Shown piece after piece: positions 1 to 16,521 of a DNA stretch of 64,000 nucleotides. This DNA comes from Chrysomallon squamiferum. Its lineage: Eukaryota; Animalia; Mollusca. The notes beneath the pieces are model-generated. The model made no database searches. It saw only the letters and a program-made list of their open reading frames with translations, and was not told the origin of the DNA. Every line of letters begins with the position of its first letter. Position 1 is the first letter of the stretch. A program made the position numbers and the translations under genes. The stretch is from assembly GCA_012295275.1 (NCBI GenBank), contig CM022668.1, positions 7,998,001-8,062,000 on the forward strand, written 5' to 3'.

Positions 1-672
1 GATGATCATTCTGATTACGATGATGATGATGATGATGATGATTGTGATAATAAACATGACAAATAAAAACGAATACAGTGGCAGCAATAAACATGAAACG
101 TGATCAAATTTATAAAAACCTAATTTAATTTCTACCTTTTAACTGAACTCTTTCGTGTTGTTTTCTTGGTATACTTATAAAGAAGACATCTAAATGTTAC
201 TGCGGTAGTTCAAACCTTCTTCGTGTCGCCTTTGGTCTATTTCACATTCCAACAAGTGCTCCAAGATCTAAAAAACAATGTTAAGTCTATGGGAAGGTGT
301 ATATAAAATGTCACATGTTGCTAAAAGGTAAAAGTCTTTAATGGTCGAATGAGCTTTTCTTTCTCGAATCAAACAAGCACAGACAGCATCAACGCTGGTA
401 ACAGTCTATTAAGATATACTCTGTCATAATCCACTGACTTATTTTTAAAAACATTTAAATTGTGCACTAGGTTCATTTTGGCAATAAAACTGAAAGGATG
501 TAGGTAATAAATAGAGGCGCGTATAAGTAACTGATTGTGTGCGTGCAAATTAAATTTTCTACATTAAAATTACTTTGTACCGTTTCACTCCCTTTTTTTC
601 AGTTTTGTGTCTCTGTGTATTTCTACCTGTTACTTCATACTCAGCGTAAATTCTATATAACTTATCTTACTT

Positions 673-727
<55 letters not shown>

Positions 728-831
728 TTTTTGATTTTTTTCATGTTGAGACGAAAATTTACTTAATGTTTTAATAAATACATTTCGCTTTATTGCTTTC
801 ATTATAAATGGGCTTATATATTCAGAGAAAT

Positions 832-969
<138 letters not shown>

Positions 970-1254
970 GCAATAACTATAAGATAAGCGATATTCCTGA
1001 CGTATATAATAAATTAAATACACTGAAAATATAAATTTCGTATATATACATATTTTCACCAGTGAGTCTGTCGGAGCTGTCCGCGTTATCTCTCACACAT
1101 CAACACACAGACAACTCACAAGAATAAACCTCTTACTCAGACTTTGAAAACTGCGATAATGAAAAAGCAGATTTGATAAAAACAAGTAAATATATCTACT
1201 TTAATAAATGTTTTCTGATTACCTAGCATATACAGAACCTTTGAAATAACCGTG

Positions 1255-1419
<165 letters not shown>

Positions 1420-2300
1420 ACACACATCGAAACAGCATCAGTATATAACTGTATATGATAATACAAAATAATAAGTAATTTATATTTATATCATTATGAA
1501 TCAGTTATAAACTAGTTTCCACATCAGTTTAAAAGTTTTAAAACCTGCAAACCTTGCACTCCGATCTGACATTTTTTCTACATCTGTCTGTCTATGTCTT
1601 TCTTTCTTTCTTTCTGACTTTTTTGCACTTTTCCCTTTTTGAACTTTCGCCAGCTTATCGCTCTGTAACGTACCCCTTTCTGAATCCGTGTATTTAATTA
1701 TAATTAACTTTTAACACGCCACCTTAGTTCAGAAAAGTCAAAGCAATTTGGAAAGCAGAATAACATACATATTATACACATTCTAACTTACGTCCATATA
1801 AACACACACATATATATATATGTATGTATATAAGAAGAATGAATGATCTGAACGCACACACACACCTACATACATACATACACATATGAAAATATATATA
1901 TTTACTTATTTATTTATTTACTTATGTTTATATGTATAGATCTGTCTACGTGCGTATGTACCATGACTACTTATACAGCGCACATGATCATTCGCAACAA
2001 TGAAATAAATAAAACAATAAATTACGTCACTTTTCTTTTCTTTTTTGTTGTCTTTTATTTTTATTTATTTTTATTTTTTCTTATTAAATTGTGTTACAGT
2101 ATTACAGTCATACAGACATTTTTAAGAGATCATTTTTCAGATGAAACGTCTTTTTACGATCAAACACGAAATATCAAAAAACATCTTTCAATACACCGTC
2201 AATCACACAGCTTTGAAACGATAATATACAGTAATAAATAATACTATAAAGAGATAAAGTGAACAGATTTCTACAGGGTACACCTTAACTAATATATATC

Positions 2301-2402
2301 TGTGTGTGATTGTGTGTGTGTGTGTGGTGTGTGTGTGTGTGTGGTGTGTGTGTGTGTGTGTGTGGTGTGTGTGTGTGTGTGTGATTGTGTGTGTGTGTGT
2401 GT

Positions 2403-2441
<39 letters not shown>
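2301..2441. repeat. Interrupted (TG)n microsatellite
   Basis: Direct reading. Confidence 0.95.
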
Positions 2442-2443
<2 letters not shown>

Positions 2444-3123
2444 TTCATAATACCTGCACGACCTGTTTTGATGACAAATTTATTTAGTACTTTGACTAAA
2501 CAATTATTCAAGAAAAGGAAAAAATAGAAGCAAAGGAGAGAGATTTATTACGAGATGTAAAGATATCACAACAACAGCTATGAAACGAGAGTGTTCGGTC
2601 TGGCCAGCACACCTCACTCTGACAATTAAAAAGCACTCAGGTGAAAAAAAAAGTAAGTAAAAATAATAATAATAAACTCGTAAAATGAAGCTGATGATGA
2701 ATTTCCCCAGGGACAACTCTGACCCAGGATTTAGATAAAACTAGAAACATAATGAGAAAAAAGAAAAACAGAAACTAAGAATGATTTATTCATTCACATA
2801 CACACGTTATACACACATTATACATACATACATACATATATACATACATACATACATACATGCATGCATGCATGCATGCATACATACATACATACATACA
2901 TATCTACATACATACATACCAACCTATCTACATCAAACATACCGACATATATACATAAGTAAGTACGTACATACATACGTGTATGCATACAAGCACACAG
3001 AAACATGTGCATGTACACATTCAAACATAAACAAAGTGCATACGAAGACAGTTTGCATTTCAGACCTTATATTCTATATCTTTATGAATGCATGTATGTG
3101 TGTGTGTATGTAAGTAAGTATAT

Positions 3124-3226
<103 letters not shown>

Positions 3227-3275
3227 CGTGTTTGATTAACAACATAACCTAAACATAATAATGGTTTTATTATTA

Positions 3276-3342
<67 letters not shown>

Positions 3343-3470
3343 CATTATTATTATTATTATTGTTATTATTGTTAATATTATTATTTTATTGTCTTCTAAT
3401 GTTTTTGTTATTTGCCAATCACACAATGTATGTCTTCACAAATATGATTCAGTCATGTCTTTCATGGATA

Positions 3471-3533
3471 CGACCCTTGACCTGTCATGGACGTGACCTC
3501 TGACCTGTCATAGACACGACCTCTGACCTATCA
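3471..3533. repeat. Short 23-bp tandem repeat, ~3 copies
   Basis: GACC(CT/TC)TGACCT(G/A)TCA... repeated three times. Confidence 0.75.
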
Positions 3534-5547
3534 CCAACAACTAACTGTATGTGCCAAATTAAGACGTGTCTTTGTTTTGTAAATATCTTATCATTCTCCA
3601 ATTGGAGATTGTGCCATCACATGCTTGCCTGAGCCTTTTTCTCATGGAAACGTGCCACAAAATGGCATATGAAATAACGTGGCTATATTGGCAAACAGAC
3701 ATAGGAATTATCTATGATAAATAATTAAACAATTTCAGGCGTTGGTCCATGACTTTAGAAAGGGGTGACTTCATTGTAATACATCTAACTTTGAAGATAA
3801 TAATTCTTAGTTCCGAAAAAGGAAACAAACAACATCGGTCATAGAAAAAAAAAACAGCGTGAGGGGATCGATTATTCCCCACCCCTCCCGTTAATCTGCG
3901 CCTGGGTGTGGTATCTAGGGGCACCCAGTATCCAGTTATTTAGTCGCGTAGATCTGAGTAACCAACATGGTTGACGTACTCTGCTTTCTGCTTGATTTGA
4001 AGTTTAACAATGGCGTCTTTGTGTTCACAATAGCTGATTTTTAAACTTAATTTACTATCGGTGCGTTTATCTCTCTATTTTTCAAAAACTTTATTTATTC
4101 AAGTTGCAGGCTGATATAAAATAACTGTCGGGATTAACGTCTTTTCACAACGACAACAACGACGTGTTTTATAAAATTTTATCTGGTATGCGACTGGAGT
4201 TGCATGTTGTCCTGTGCAGCAAAACGATTTGAAGAATGCGTTTCGCCAGATATATGTATATTTATATCGACGTACTAAAACAGGTATATCAGTTTTCGGG
4301 TTTAATATACTGTTGTGTTTTGATATGTTATGTATACCAAATCTATTTGCATAGTCTCACGTACTTCAAACTCAGCGAAGAGATTAAAAAAAAAAAAAAA
4401 AAGAAGAAGTAATAAAAACAAGCATGCAAACATACTGATAGGTATTTAGACGGATAGATAGGTAAATAGGTTATTAAAGCCAGCAGGTAACAAGGTGAGA
4501 AGTTAGATAGACTGGTTTATAAGAAGCTGTGGAGTTACCAGGAGGTAGCAAGGAGGTAGCAAGGAGGTAGCAGACAGTTAAAAACGTTAGCAGAAAGATA
4601 AGATCAAAGCGGAAGGTAGATAAACAGGTAGAAATAAGATGGTAAGCAGATATAAAAACAGGAATAAAAAGGTAACAGGTTAAGTAGGTAGATCAGAAGG
4701 ACATTAAAACATAAAAAGGTAGTGGCTAGATATGAACGTAGTAGGAAGTTGTGAAGGAAGACGTCGGGGTGGTAGATATGTAGGTAGGAAGGCTATTACT
4801 ATGTAGATAGTTTTGTACGTGGCTAGGCAGGCTGAAACACTTTTATAAGTGATGTGACAAATGTGTGGATGGATGGATGGATAACCTGTCTGGTGGGTAA
4901 AAAATATTTTTATTTTAGACATCAAATTTAATACTATTCCGAGCAAATTATAATCTACTTGGATATGTTTAATAGAAAAAACATTAACAAGAAGAAGAAA
5001 ACAACAACAGCAACAACAACAGCAACAACAACAACAACAACAACGGCAGCAGGAACGAAATAAACAACAATAAAATCAAAATCAAAATCAACAGCTAACA
5101 TGAAGAACACCAGTACTTGAAAGTGACCAAACTACAAAAGACAGTAACAAAGAAAATAAAGTACAACAGCATCAACAACCGCACCACTACTTTAGTGACA
5201 ACGACAACATCGCCGAGTTTAGTTTATAGCACTGTAACATGCTATGTTTGTGTGGCAGTTGACGCTTTGACTGTTTAAAAAATCATGTTGATTCGTGTCC
5301 TGATTAGAATTCATTGTCTTTTCCGCAGGTTCTGCACTTTTAACTTTTGACTTGGTGCCAGCTTATCTCTCCTTTCTGAGTCCTAATTCCACGTCAACAG
5401 CGAACCTGACAGCTTTTCAAAATTAACCTTCATCACGCAAGTCTTAGTTTAGAAAAGTCACATTCTCAGAAACTGAAGATTACGTTTTTGGTGGGTTCTT
5501 TCTTTTTCTTTCTTTCTTTCTTTCTTTCTTTTCTCTGTTTTTTGTTG

Positions 5548-5579
<32 letters not shown>

Positions 5580-5606
5580 TTTCGTCTTCCTTTGATTTTC
5601 ACTATT

Positions 5607-5695
<89 letters not shown>

Positions 5696-6605
5696 CCATT
5701 AGAGCATAATAATGCATTTGACTAGGCTCAGTAGAAGAAACTCTAAATGAACGGTGGTTGTACAGCAGGAAATTACAGCTTACTCGACAAGCTTCGTGCA
5801 ATAAGCCGGTAAAGCACATCACGTCCATTTTGAAAAAACGAGATATTTCAGATCGGTTACCGGTTTATGACAAAATTGAAAAAAATAACAATATTTATAC
5901 CAAGTAACTTATTTATTTTCAGTCAAAAGCAAAAATGAATTATTTTGTTGATTTCTAGGTACACAAATTCATATTATGTGTGTTTGTCCGTAACTACAAT
6001 GTCTTTATAAACCTTATCAAACGTTCAACTGAAATTTCAATGAAATTATTATTATGATAATCATAATGATCATAATTGTGTTTGTTATGTCGCCGTCGTC
6101 AGAAATTTTCTACAAATAAATGTCTTCATTTCTTTTTATTTCACTAGAAATTTCAGATGCATCGACTTTTTCTCCATTGTTTTATGTCATACTGCTGATA
6201 GGTAGATAACGTAAGAGCAAAATTTAAGTTCAGTTAGGTCAAACAGCCGATTTCCCGGGTTTAACAGAGTTGACGTTATCGAGAAATGAATTTATTGCAC
6301 TTTCTGTTTGTTTGATATGAATGTCGCAGGTGCTTGCTTTTATATATTCAGAGAGGTTTATCGGGTGTAAAATGATAACAGAAAAACACCAACATGTTAT
6401 AAGTGTCCGTTACCGGATTCTTCCATGCAGGTTGTGAAATACATGTCAGTATTACACATCACTAGGACTTTCACTTCCAAAGATCAGTTTAATATGAATA
6501 CCAGTTATTTATCATAATTTAACAATCGAAAACAAATAAATAATTAAATAACGAATAAATAAAAAATAAATAAATAAATAACGAATAAATAAATAAATAA
6601 TGAAT

Positions 6606-6636
<31 letters not shown>

Positions 6637-6650
6637 GTAATAGAGAGAGC

Positions 6651-6716
<66 letters not shown>

Positions 6717-7041
6717 AAGAAGCACTTTTTGAATTATGGATGTATATTAAAGATATGATTACCTTTGAAATATGCAAAAGCTATTAAATCCACAAAGAAC
6801 GTTGTTTACAATGTATTTCGCTGTATTAAATAAAACGTTTAAATCCACTATTAGAAAACATATATGCTAAGGTAAGTTTTGCTGTTGTTGTTGCTGCTGT
6901 TGTTGTTGTTATTATTATCATCGTCATCATTACTGCTGTTACTACTACCATTACTTCTGCTGCTTTTACTATTGCTATTATTATTATTAGTTGTAGTAGT
7001 AGTAGTAGTAGTTGTAGTAATAGTAGTAGTAGTAGTAATAA

Positions 7042-7090
<49 letters not shown>

Positions 7091-7718
7091 TGTAGTAGTA
7101 GTTACTGAGAATTATTTACAGGGATATTTTTTGTAATTTTTAAAAAATAACAAAATTAATAAACAATTTAATTTATTAACTAAAGTACCTTCAAACACAC
7201 AAACAACCAGACAAACAAACAAATAAATAAATAAACGCTAGCACAGAAGCAAACATAATAAATATCTTTATTGAAATGTTCAGCGGTTATCTACAAAGGC
7301 CATCTTTTAAAATGGCTGCCTAACCGTACATCGCTGAAATCAGAGACGGGTTTTCAAACTCTGATACCACTAACGTTGATAAGCAAGACGAGGTTATCAA
7401 ACATGTCATACATATATCTCACGTCTACATAACGGCACGTGCTCGCTCAAACTGACAGCGGACAAAAAGACAAGTATTCAACAGCCGAAGACCTTTCAAA
7501 GGTTGCGTTATTGCAATTCTCTCCTTACCGGTGACAATGTTAACTTTATCCTGTTATTAGATACATAAATACGTATAAGTATGTATATATATAATTATAT
7601 TACTTTTTATTTGTTGTTGTTTCTTTATCAGGAAATTTATTTATTTATTTATTTATTTATTTACTTTAGTAATGTTCTTCTCATCTTGTTCATTATTAGT
7701 TGTAGAAGGTGTTCTTGT

Positions 7719-7750
<32 letters not shown>

Positions 7751-8486
7751 TACTACTACTAATAATAATAATAATAGTAGTAGTAGCAGAGGCAGCAACA
7801 GCAGTAGTAGTAATACTATGTACCATTGGTAATGCTGAGACTGTTGTTGGTAGATAGACACAGACATCAGAAATAATCCACAGATTGCACCCTTATTTCA
7901 GTATGGTGTGTCTACAGACAAGAAATAAATTTATATTTTCATCAAAACTCTCAATCATTTCCCAGTTTTTACATCAATACATTCATGCCATACGTCTGGT
8001 GTTTCCCCAACCCCAAGTGTGCCTCCCCAGTTTTCTGAAATCGTGGGCTCGGAACTCACATTCAAACTCGATGAGACTAGTCTTTCACAATTATGGCTTA
8101 AAGTAAAATGACTTCGAATAGAACACAGTGTATGGTAATCATATTTAAAAACTACAGGACATATAAAACCACTTGTATACAAAAAATGAAATAACGGGAG
8201 ATTTTTAAGGATATAGTTCAGTGGTTTTCTAGAAAATTCTCTGTTTTATTTCGAGAACCCACCCTGTTTACGTTCCTGGAGAACTTTAACGTGTTGTGAG
8301 TTTTCTGCGGGTCTGTAGATTATGTGTGTGTGGTCCTTTATCAACTTTCTACTAACAGCAAAACATGCCATCTAATGTTCACAAAAATAATCACTTCTTG
8401 AAACTGAAACCAGTAGCAACAACAATAACAACAACAACAACATAATAATAAAAAAATTATTAATAGTAATAATAATAACAGTACTG

Positions 8487-8537
<51 letters not shown>

Positions 8538-8690
8538 TACTACTACTAATAACAACAATAATAACCTAACAACCACAATAGCGTCAACGAAATTAACAAC
8601 AATAATAACAACAATAATAATATATGTATTACATGTATGTATGTATTTGTACGTATGTATGTGTTTTAGGATTTTTTAACATTCTCTGTG

Positions 8691-8778
8691 TTATGTACAT
8701 CTGATTAGACTCTGCACATAGACAATATTCGGGAACGCACTGGCGCAGGAGGACAAAGTCCAATCACGACTTCACAAA
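8691..8778 (-). mobile_element. Truncated copy of the same SINE (body only)
   Basis: 88-nt ungapped match to 18144-18231 with 7 mismatches, all transitions. Confidence 0.75.
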
Positions 8779-8950
8779 ATCTAATTCCATCTTCTACAGT
8801 CCAGCGAACTTCTGTGTCAAACATATCTTCTTGTGTGGTGGCCTAGATTTTACTAACATATATATTTTTTTTTCTTGCTGTTTTTACTGTATTTTATTAC
8901 TGTTGCTGCTGCTGTTGTTGTTGTTATTGTTGTTGTTGTTATTGTTGTTG

Positions 8951-8982
<32 letters not shown>

Positions 8983-9479
8983 GTTATTATTATTTGAAAA
9001 GAAAGGCACACTTTCATATCTGAATTACTTTTTCTTCTTGCTGTATGCACCTGTTGATTATAAAATATTAATTTCTGTAATATACATTTAGTATATTCTC
9101 AGTTTGCCAGTTTTGTATTATTCTAGTTGAATGCTGTTTGTTCCGGTCCGGCGACGCGTTCCCGGAGCCTACGAGTCTATGTGAACTGGTTTAAACGCAC
9201 TGTTAGTCATCCAGTGTTTTCAGTCTGCACATTAACGTCACTCAAGCAGTGTGTTACCGTATCGAGTGTTCCCGCGTTGAAGACGTTATCTGGCCCCGAG
9301 TCGCGACGTTGTCCTACGCCAAGACGTTGATACTGAATGAATGTCAACTGCGGTGAACAGCGTACAGAGTTGAAGGAGAGATAACAACGTCGTATCTGCC
9401 ACTGCAATGTCGCGGTCGTGCACCGTGAGTTCATCTACACAGAGAGGGGCGCACCGGTCACTGGTTGTGAGATACACCA

Positions 9480-10300
<821 letters not shown>

Positions 10301-11796
10301 GCTTTAATTATACTTAAAATTTTTCTCTGAATGTGTGTGTGTTTGTAAGCGGTTATGTGTGTTTGTGTGTATATTGTGTGTGTGTGCCACATGTGTGTGT
10401 ATGTACTACGTAAATATCCTCTCATATTCTCTGTATAGGTGTATATATGTGTACGTGTGTGTTGTGTGTATTCATTTATATACCTGTATCTATGTTCGTA
10501 TGAATGTATGTTTGAACATTCTGTCATATATTCTTTTTCCGTCTCTCTATGTGCTTCTGTTTTCCTCTCTCTTTCGTTCTTTCTACTTCTCTCTCTCGTT
10601 CTTTCTACTCTCTCTCTCTCTCTCTCTCTCTCGTTCTCTTTGCTACTTTCTCTTTCACTTTCTGTGTCTCTCCTCCTCTCCTTCCCTCTCTCTCTTAGAC
10701 TTTATCTCTTTTTGACCTCCTCTCTTCCCTTTCTCCCCTCTCTCTTTCTCCCCCTTCCCTGCCCCACCGCACACTTACACTGCAAATCAATAGCACACGA
10801 GAGTTTACTGTGATAAAGCTGTCTGAGTTATCGCACACCCACCTGACTCTATCTAAAGCTACCGTTTCTATCTGACACACGTCATATATCGACATGACCT
10901 CACCAGGTATTTGAACCGGCTCAACATACGTGTACAGTGACACGGTATCTTAGCGACACTGCAGACTGCCACATTTATCTGGGAGACGGCTGTCAAGGCA
11001 TGACACAAGCCAAGGAAAACCTGTTGGTTATCAGTGAGAAATTATATCATAAAGTCACGCGCAGTATCTCTCTACATTGTGTCTGCATGAACCCCCCACC
11101 ACCACCACCACCACGACCCGTGTTTCTATATCCAAAACAAGTTTAGTTCACGGTAGAGGTTATACCCCTTGACTGCCGTGCCGCTAGAGGTCGCAGTATC
11201 AGTCTTCCGTAATTCATATCTTTCCCGTTCCGGCCAGTGTGTTTTAACTGATTTATGAAACTTCGTGATTTCTGCGTCTACAGGAAGGTTAATTTTAAAC
11301 AGACCACGTTAATAAGAGTAACCCGTGAACCGTTACTGACTGTAGGCTTAATTAATATACTGCTTTCCTCTCCCGATTAACCTTTAATTCACGTAATATA
11401 TGTGCGTGTGTGTGTGTGTGTGTGTGTGTGCATAAAGACACGTTCACACATAAATATTGATAAATAGACTGAATGCAATGAATGCTAATAAACTTACATG
11501 TTCTTTCTCGTGCAATATATACAAGTGTTGTAAAACAAATATTAATTCTTTTTTTCCTTCACCACAACTTCATTACATCCAACAAGTAGGTCAGCTGCTA
11601 TTATCTAATTTTTCTGCTCGATAAAGTCGGATAATCTTTTTTTTTTTCCTTATTACTCCGCGCCGGGATGTTTATTACGAAACTCGAGTAACCAGCTACT
11701 TGTTCACAAGCAGACAGCGCGGACCCGCGTGTTTCAGAGTACCCCGACGTCTGACCACAGTAACACACTACACTGACTGCTTAGAGGTCATTGCCC

Positions 11797-12290
<494 letters not shown>

Positions 12291-12633
12291 GACCAATAAA
12301 CGACATCCTTGTAAAATTAATTTCGATTCACCCTGTTGAAGGGACAGACTCAGTGGTAAGCAGAAAAAGGACGTTTTAAGTGTTGGTGAAAACTGAGACG
12401 GGGCAGCAGTTGTTAACGTCGTCGACGATGACGGAATGATGAAACAGTATCTTCATTTAACAAAGGAAAAAAACCGTTGTGTAGTCGAGTGTTAAAACTA
12501 GATAGAGACGGGCGGACCCAGAAAGATTCATAGGAGAGGATTCTTGAATGTAGCTTTATAAAGAAATAAAAAGGTTGACGTGGTTAATATGGAAATGTAG
12601 TGTTTATGAGTAATAGTCTTGTTGAGTAATATT

Positions 12634-12930
12634 AAGGGCAGGGCCAGAAGTTTTCACAATTTATATAACGAGAGGACTGACAGTACATAAAGTGAATTCT
12701 AAAATGATTAATTCTATACCCGCACCGCCTTCAGAATCTGCACCTATTAAAAACATCGTCGGTTACAGTCCCCCACCACGCCTCAGCTCCCACCACCCCT
12801 CAGCTCAGCCCACCCCTCCCCTCAGCTCAGCCCACCCCTCCCCTAGTGTACAGTGGTAATGAAGACGAGTAGACAAATGTTTCTTCTCGCTGTGACGTTT
12901 CACTCAGGCTCGCTTGTAGATCCGCCCCTG
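12634..12930. mobile_element. MITE-like relic with GC-rich terminal repeat
   Basis: Right end GTAGATCCGCCCCTG and a degenerate left end AAGGGCAGGGCCAG. Related ends occur at 3878-3904 and 33535/34000. Confidence 0.4.
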
Positions 12931-15900
12931 GTGCAGATGAAAAGTATCTTCTTTCTTCATGTTAAAATGAAAGATAATTTATCTTCTGGAGTCGAGTGAG
13001 GGAAGGAACACTTGTTATTTAATCTGTCGTTAAAAAAAAACATGGAAAGATAAAGGAAGGGAGAAACAACGGAAAGAAAGAAAGAAAGAAAGAAAGGAAG
13101 AAAGAAAGAAAGAAAGTCAAAAAGCAGGATAGAAGCCAAGGGTAATAGTGAAAACAAAGAAAGAAAGAAGGCAAATAAAGAAAAAGAAAGGAAATAAAGA
13201 AAAACAAAAGCAAAAATAAGAAAAAGAGAGGAAAGAACAATAAAAGAAAATTAGGATAGAAAGATAAATATCAGGTAAACACCCCATGTATATATGTGTA
13301 TAAACAGATATTAAAAAAAAGTCTATAAACAACATCCGTGTAATATGTCGTAAATCGAACCCCAAGTAAACATTTTAAAGATGTTACCGAACTGCGCATA
13401 ATTATAAGTAAATAACAGAAGGTTATTGTTTTCTGTGTTAATTCCCTGCACGTTAAAACTGCTCTATAGTCCTTCTTGTATTAAAACATTAACGTTGAAA
13501 ATGCGGTCAACATCAACAAAATTTAATTAGAATTCTAATATCTCTTCTCATACATCAGTAACGTCGTGTTTAACTGTGTGTACGTGATTGATGGCGGAAC
13601 ATGTCAGTCGTTATTTCGCAATAAAGCATATTTCATGTAAACAGTAATATATGTACGCATTTAGCTGTGTTCACACGAAATGGAACATTATTCTCTTTTC
13701 GAGAAAAGCGTATTTTTATTTTCCGTCGTACATTTTATGTAAACGTTAATATCCGTACGCGTTCAAACTGAACGGAACATTTTCCTATTTGAGGTCAATT
13801 TTTGATTTTATTTTATAGTTTCCAGGAAACAATATTTCTTTATATTTAATTACGTTAAAATTAAACGCCCTGTTTTCACAGTTAAATTAAGTTCTTTTTT
13901 TCGAGAAGGTTTTTTTTTTTTTTTTTTTTGAGTAATGTTTGAATACATTTATCTATGTTTGAATACATTTATCTATGTTCAAGTTTGACAGAGCATTTTC
14001 CTTATTCAAGATAGATTAAGGTGTTTTTTTACTAAATTATTTCTGCGCTTTAATTTTGTTAACACTAAACGTATTTTTCCTAATCGCGATAAAGCAAGGT
14101 GCTACCATTTTTTGTTACTGTAATTTCGAGAAGGTATTAAGTTTTAATTAATATTTGTGTATATTTAGTTGTTTTTAAATTAAAGATGTATGTGTCTGTA
14201 TCCAGAGGTAAATTGAGGTGTGTTTGTTACTGAGTATACATTAAACAGTGTTTGAGTTAAAGGTGTACTAAGTTTCGAGACAAGTCAAGTGTTAAATATT
14301 TTGTGAAAATTTTGCACGCACTGAACAATGATTAAACTAAAGATCCACTTTTCCCTGTTCACAATAAACTTGAATTTGTTCTTCTGTCACTGAACATTTC
14401 GAGTAAACATCAACTTTAAAATACTCTGAAGTTTGTTCAAATTAAAGCTGCATATATTCATTGCTTCAAATAATTTAATTTGAGTAAAATTTCCACAGCA
14501 TAATACAGCCTTTTTTTCAGCTTTTTTCCTGGATAAATTGAATTCTATTTGAACTAAAGGCATTCAGTTGCCATATTCAGAACTGTTGATTATTTACATG
14601 GTATTTTCTATTACAACACATCCCACTTCGACTAATTTCAATTATAAAATTACTTACGTTCATTTTCCAAATTCAGAATTGTGTAATCCATTTTATGGCC
14701 ACTCAGATAATAAATGTGTTATATAATACAACAGTTAATTTGAATTTCATTTAAATCAAAGGTCATTATAGTCAAACCAGTAATTCAAACCTTATCATAA
14801 TTTATTAATTAAATTTCTCTGCTTAACAATACAGGAAAAGATTATTTGCAAAAAACCTGCAGAACATTTATCACTTTTTGCAGAAAACATAAACACGACG
14901 GACACCTTAAAAATATTTAAAAATATTTAAAATTATTTAAGCCTTTTTGCACTTGAAATAAATATTCTGTGATCTTTTACTACTGGATGTCAGTTATTTT
15001 ACAACTAATTAGATTTGTCAGCATGAAGCAATTGTTAATCTGTATCAGTGAGTGCATCAAACTGCGTTTTGTCAAAAATAGATCTAAGACTTTTAGTAAC
15101 TGAGTTCTTCGTGGATTCCCCAGTGCTAAATAAATAACAACTATAAAAAAAGTTCGACATAAACGTAATTCGACTTAAGACTAAAAAATAAAAAACAGGT
15201 TAGAACATACATACGTAGTAAGAGTAGTAGAAGTAGTAATAGTACTAATAGTAACAGAATAGTAATAGTACTGGTAGCAGTGATTGTCGTGGTCGTAGTA
15301 ATCGTAGCGGTGACGGTAGTGGTACTAGTAGTAATGTTAGTAGTAGCAGTAGTAGTAGCTGTTGTTGTTATTCCTGTAATAGCTCGTAAAAAATACCGAA
15401 AACAAAATATTTACCAGCTCAATACAAATAACGACAGGTTATGCAAACAAGCAAATATATAAATAAATAAACAAAATAGAAAAATAATATCCTGTTTGGT
15501 AATCAAAGAAAAAAATCAATGATCATAATGTAAAGAGAAAAAAATTTAAACTAATAAACAACACAGTCACACACACACACTACAGACACGTACGTACACG
15601 CACACACGCACACCTAAATACCTGCTTGGTTGTCAAAGATAAAAAGAATGAGTGGTGACAGGCAATGAAAACAAACAAAAAACAAACAAACAAACAACTT
15701 ATAAAAAAAAAAAAAAAAAAAAAAAAATACCCAACAGAGAAAAAGATCCTGCTCGGTTATCAGAGATAAAAATCAGAAATGACAGAGCAGACGCATCGCT
15801 CGGTTACCATGTTTTATTTATTAACTTGTTGTATCTACACGGCTCTCAGATTCCACGCAAATGCATCATATTTTAAGACAAAATTAACGTCAGCTTTTCT

Positions 15901-16465
15901 CCCTGCGGTGATTACAAAGACGATTTTCTGATTGTGTCAAGATTGGAGCTGTGAATGAATAACGCCTGTGGAAAGCCCAAACGATTGAAACCAGTTTTTC
16001 TAGGTGACGCAGAGTTCACTGGTCAGGTCATGCGGATTAAACTGTACGAAGCAAATTGTGCGGCTTCAGTTTGTGTTGTGGTAGTTAACGTGCTGCGTGT
16101 AGGGAGGCGGTGTTGTCGTTGTCGTTTGTTTTGTTTTAATTACGTAGTTTGTTGTTTATGTCGTGTTTGCAGTTTGTGGCTTCATTATGTGTGTGGGGGG
16201 TAGGTATTTGTGTGGCGGGTCATGTGTTTACATGTGGGTGGCAGACATGATATATGTGTGTGTGTTTGCATATCTCTGAATGTGTATGTATGTGTATGTT
16301 TGTACGTGTGTATGTATATATGTATGTGTGTGTGTGTTTGCATATCTATGGATGTGTATGTATGTGTATGTTTGTACGTGTGTATGTATATATGTATGTA
16401 TGGCTATGTATGTTTTATGTATGTATGTATGTGTGTGTGTCAGAAACGCGTTCACACCAAACATA

Positions 16466-16521
<56 letters not shown>

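Noticed and set aside
136-267. Minus-strand AG/GT-bounded segment as a coding exon
   Set aside because: Stops in all three frames; at best UTR or a terminal exon of a gene not resolvable here.
6424-6437. Minus-strand TCACAACCTGCATG resembling, from memory, the 5' part of miR-67/307-family miRNAs
   Set aside because: No pre-miRNA hairpin partner nearby, the 3' part diverges, and the + strand reads simply as a splice acceptor; needs a MirGeneDB check.
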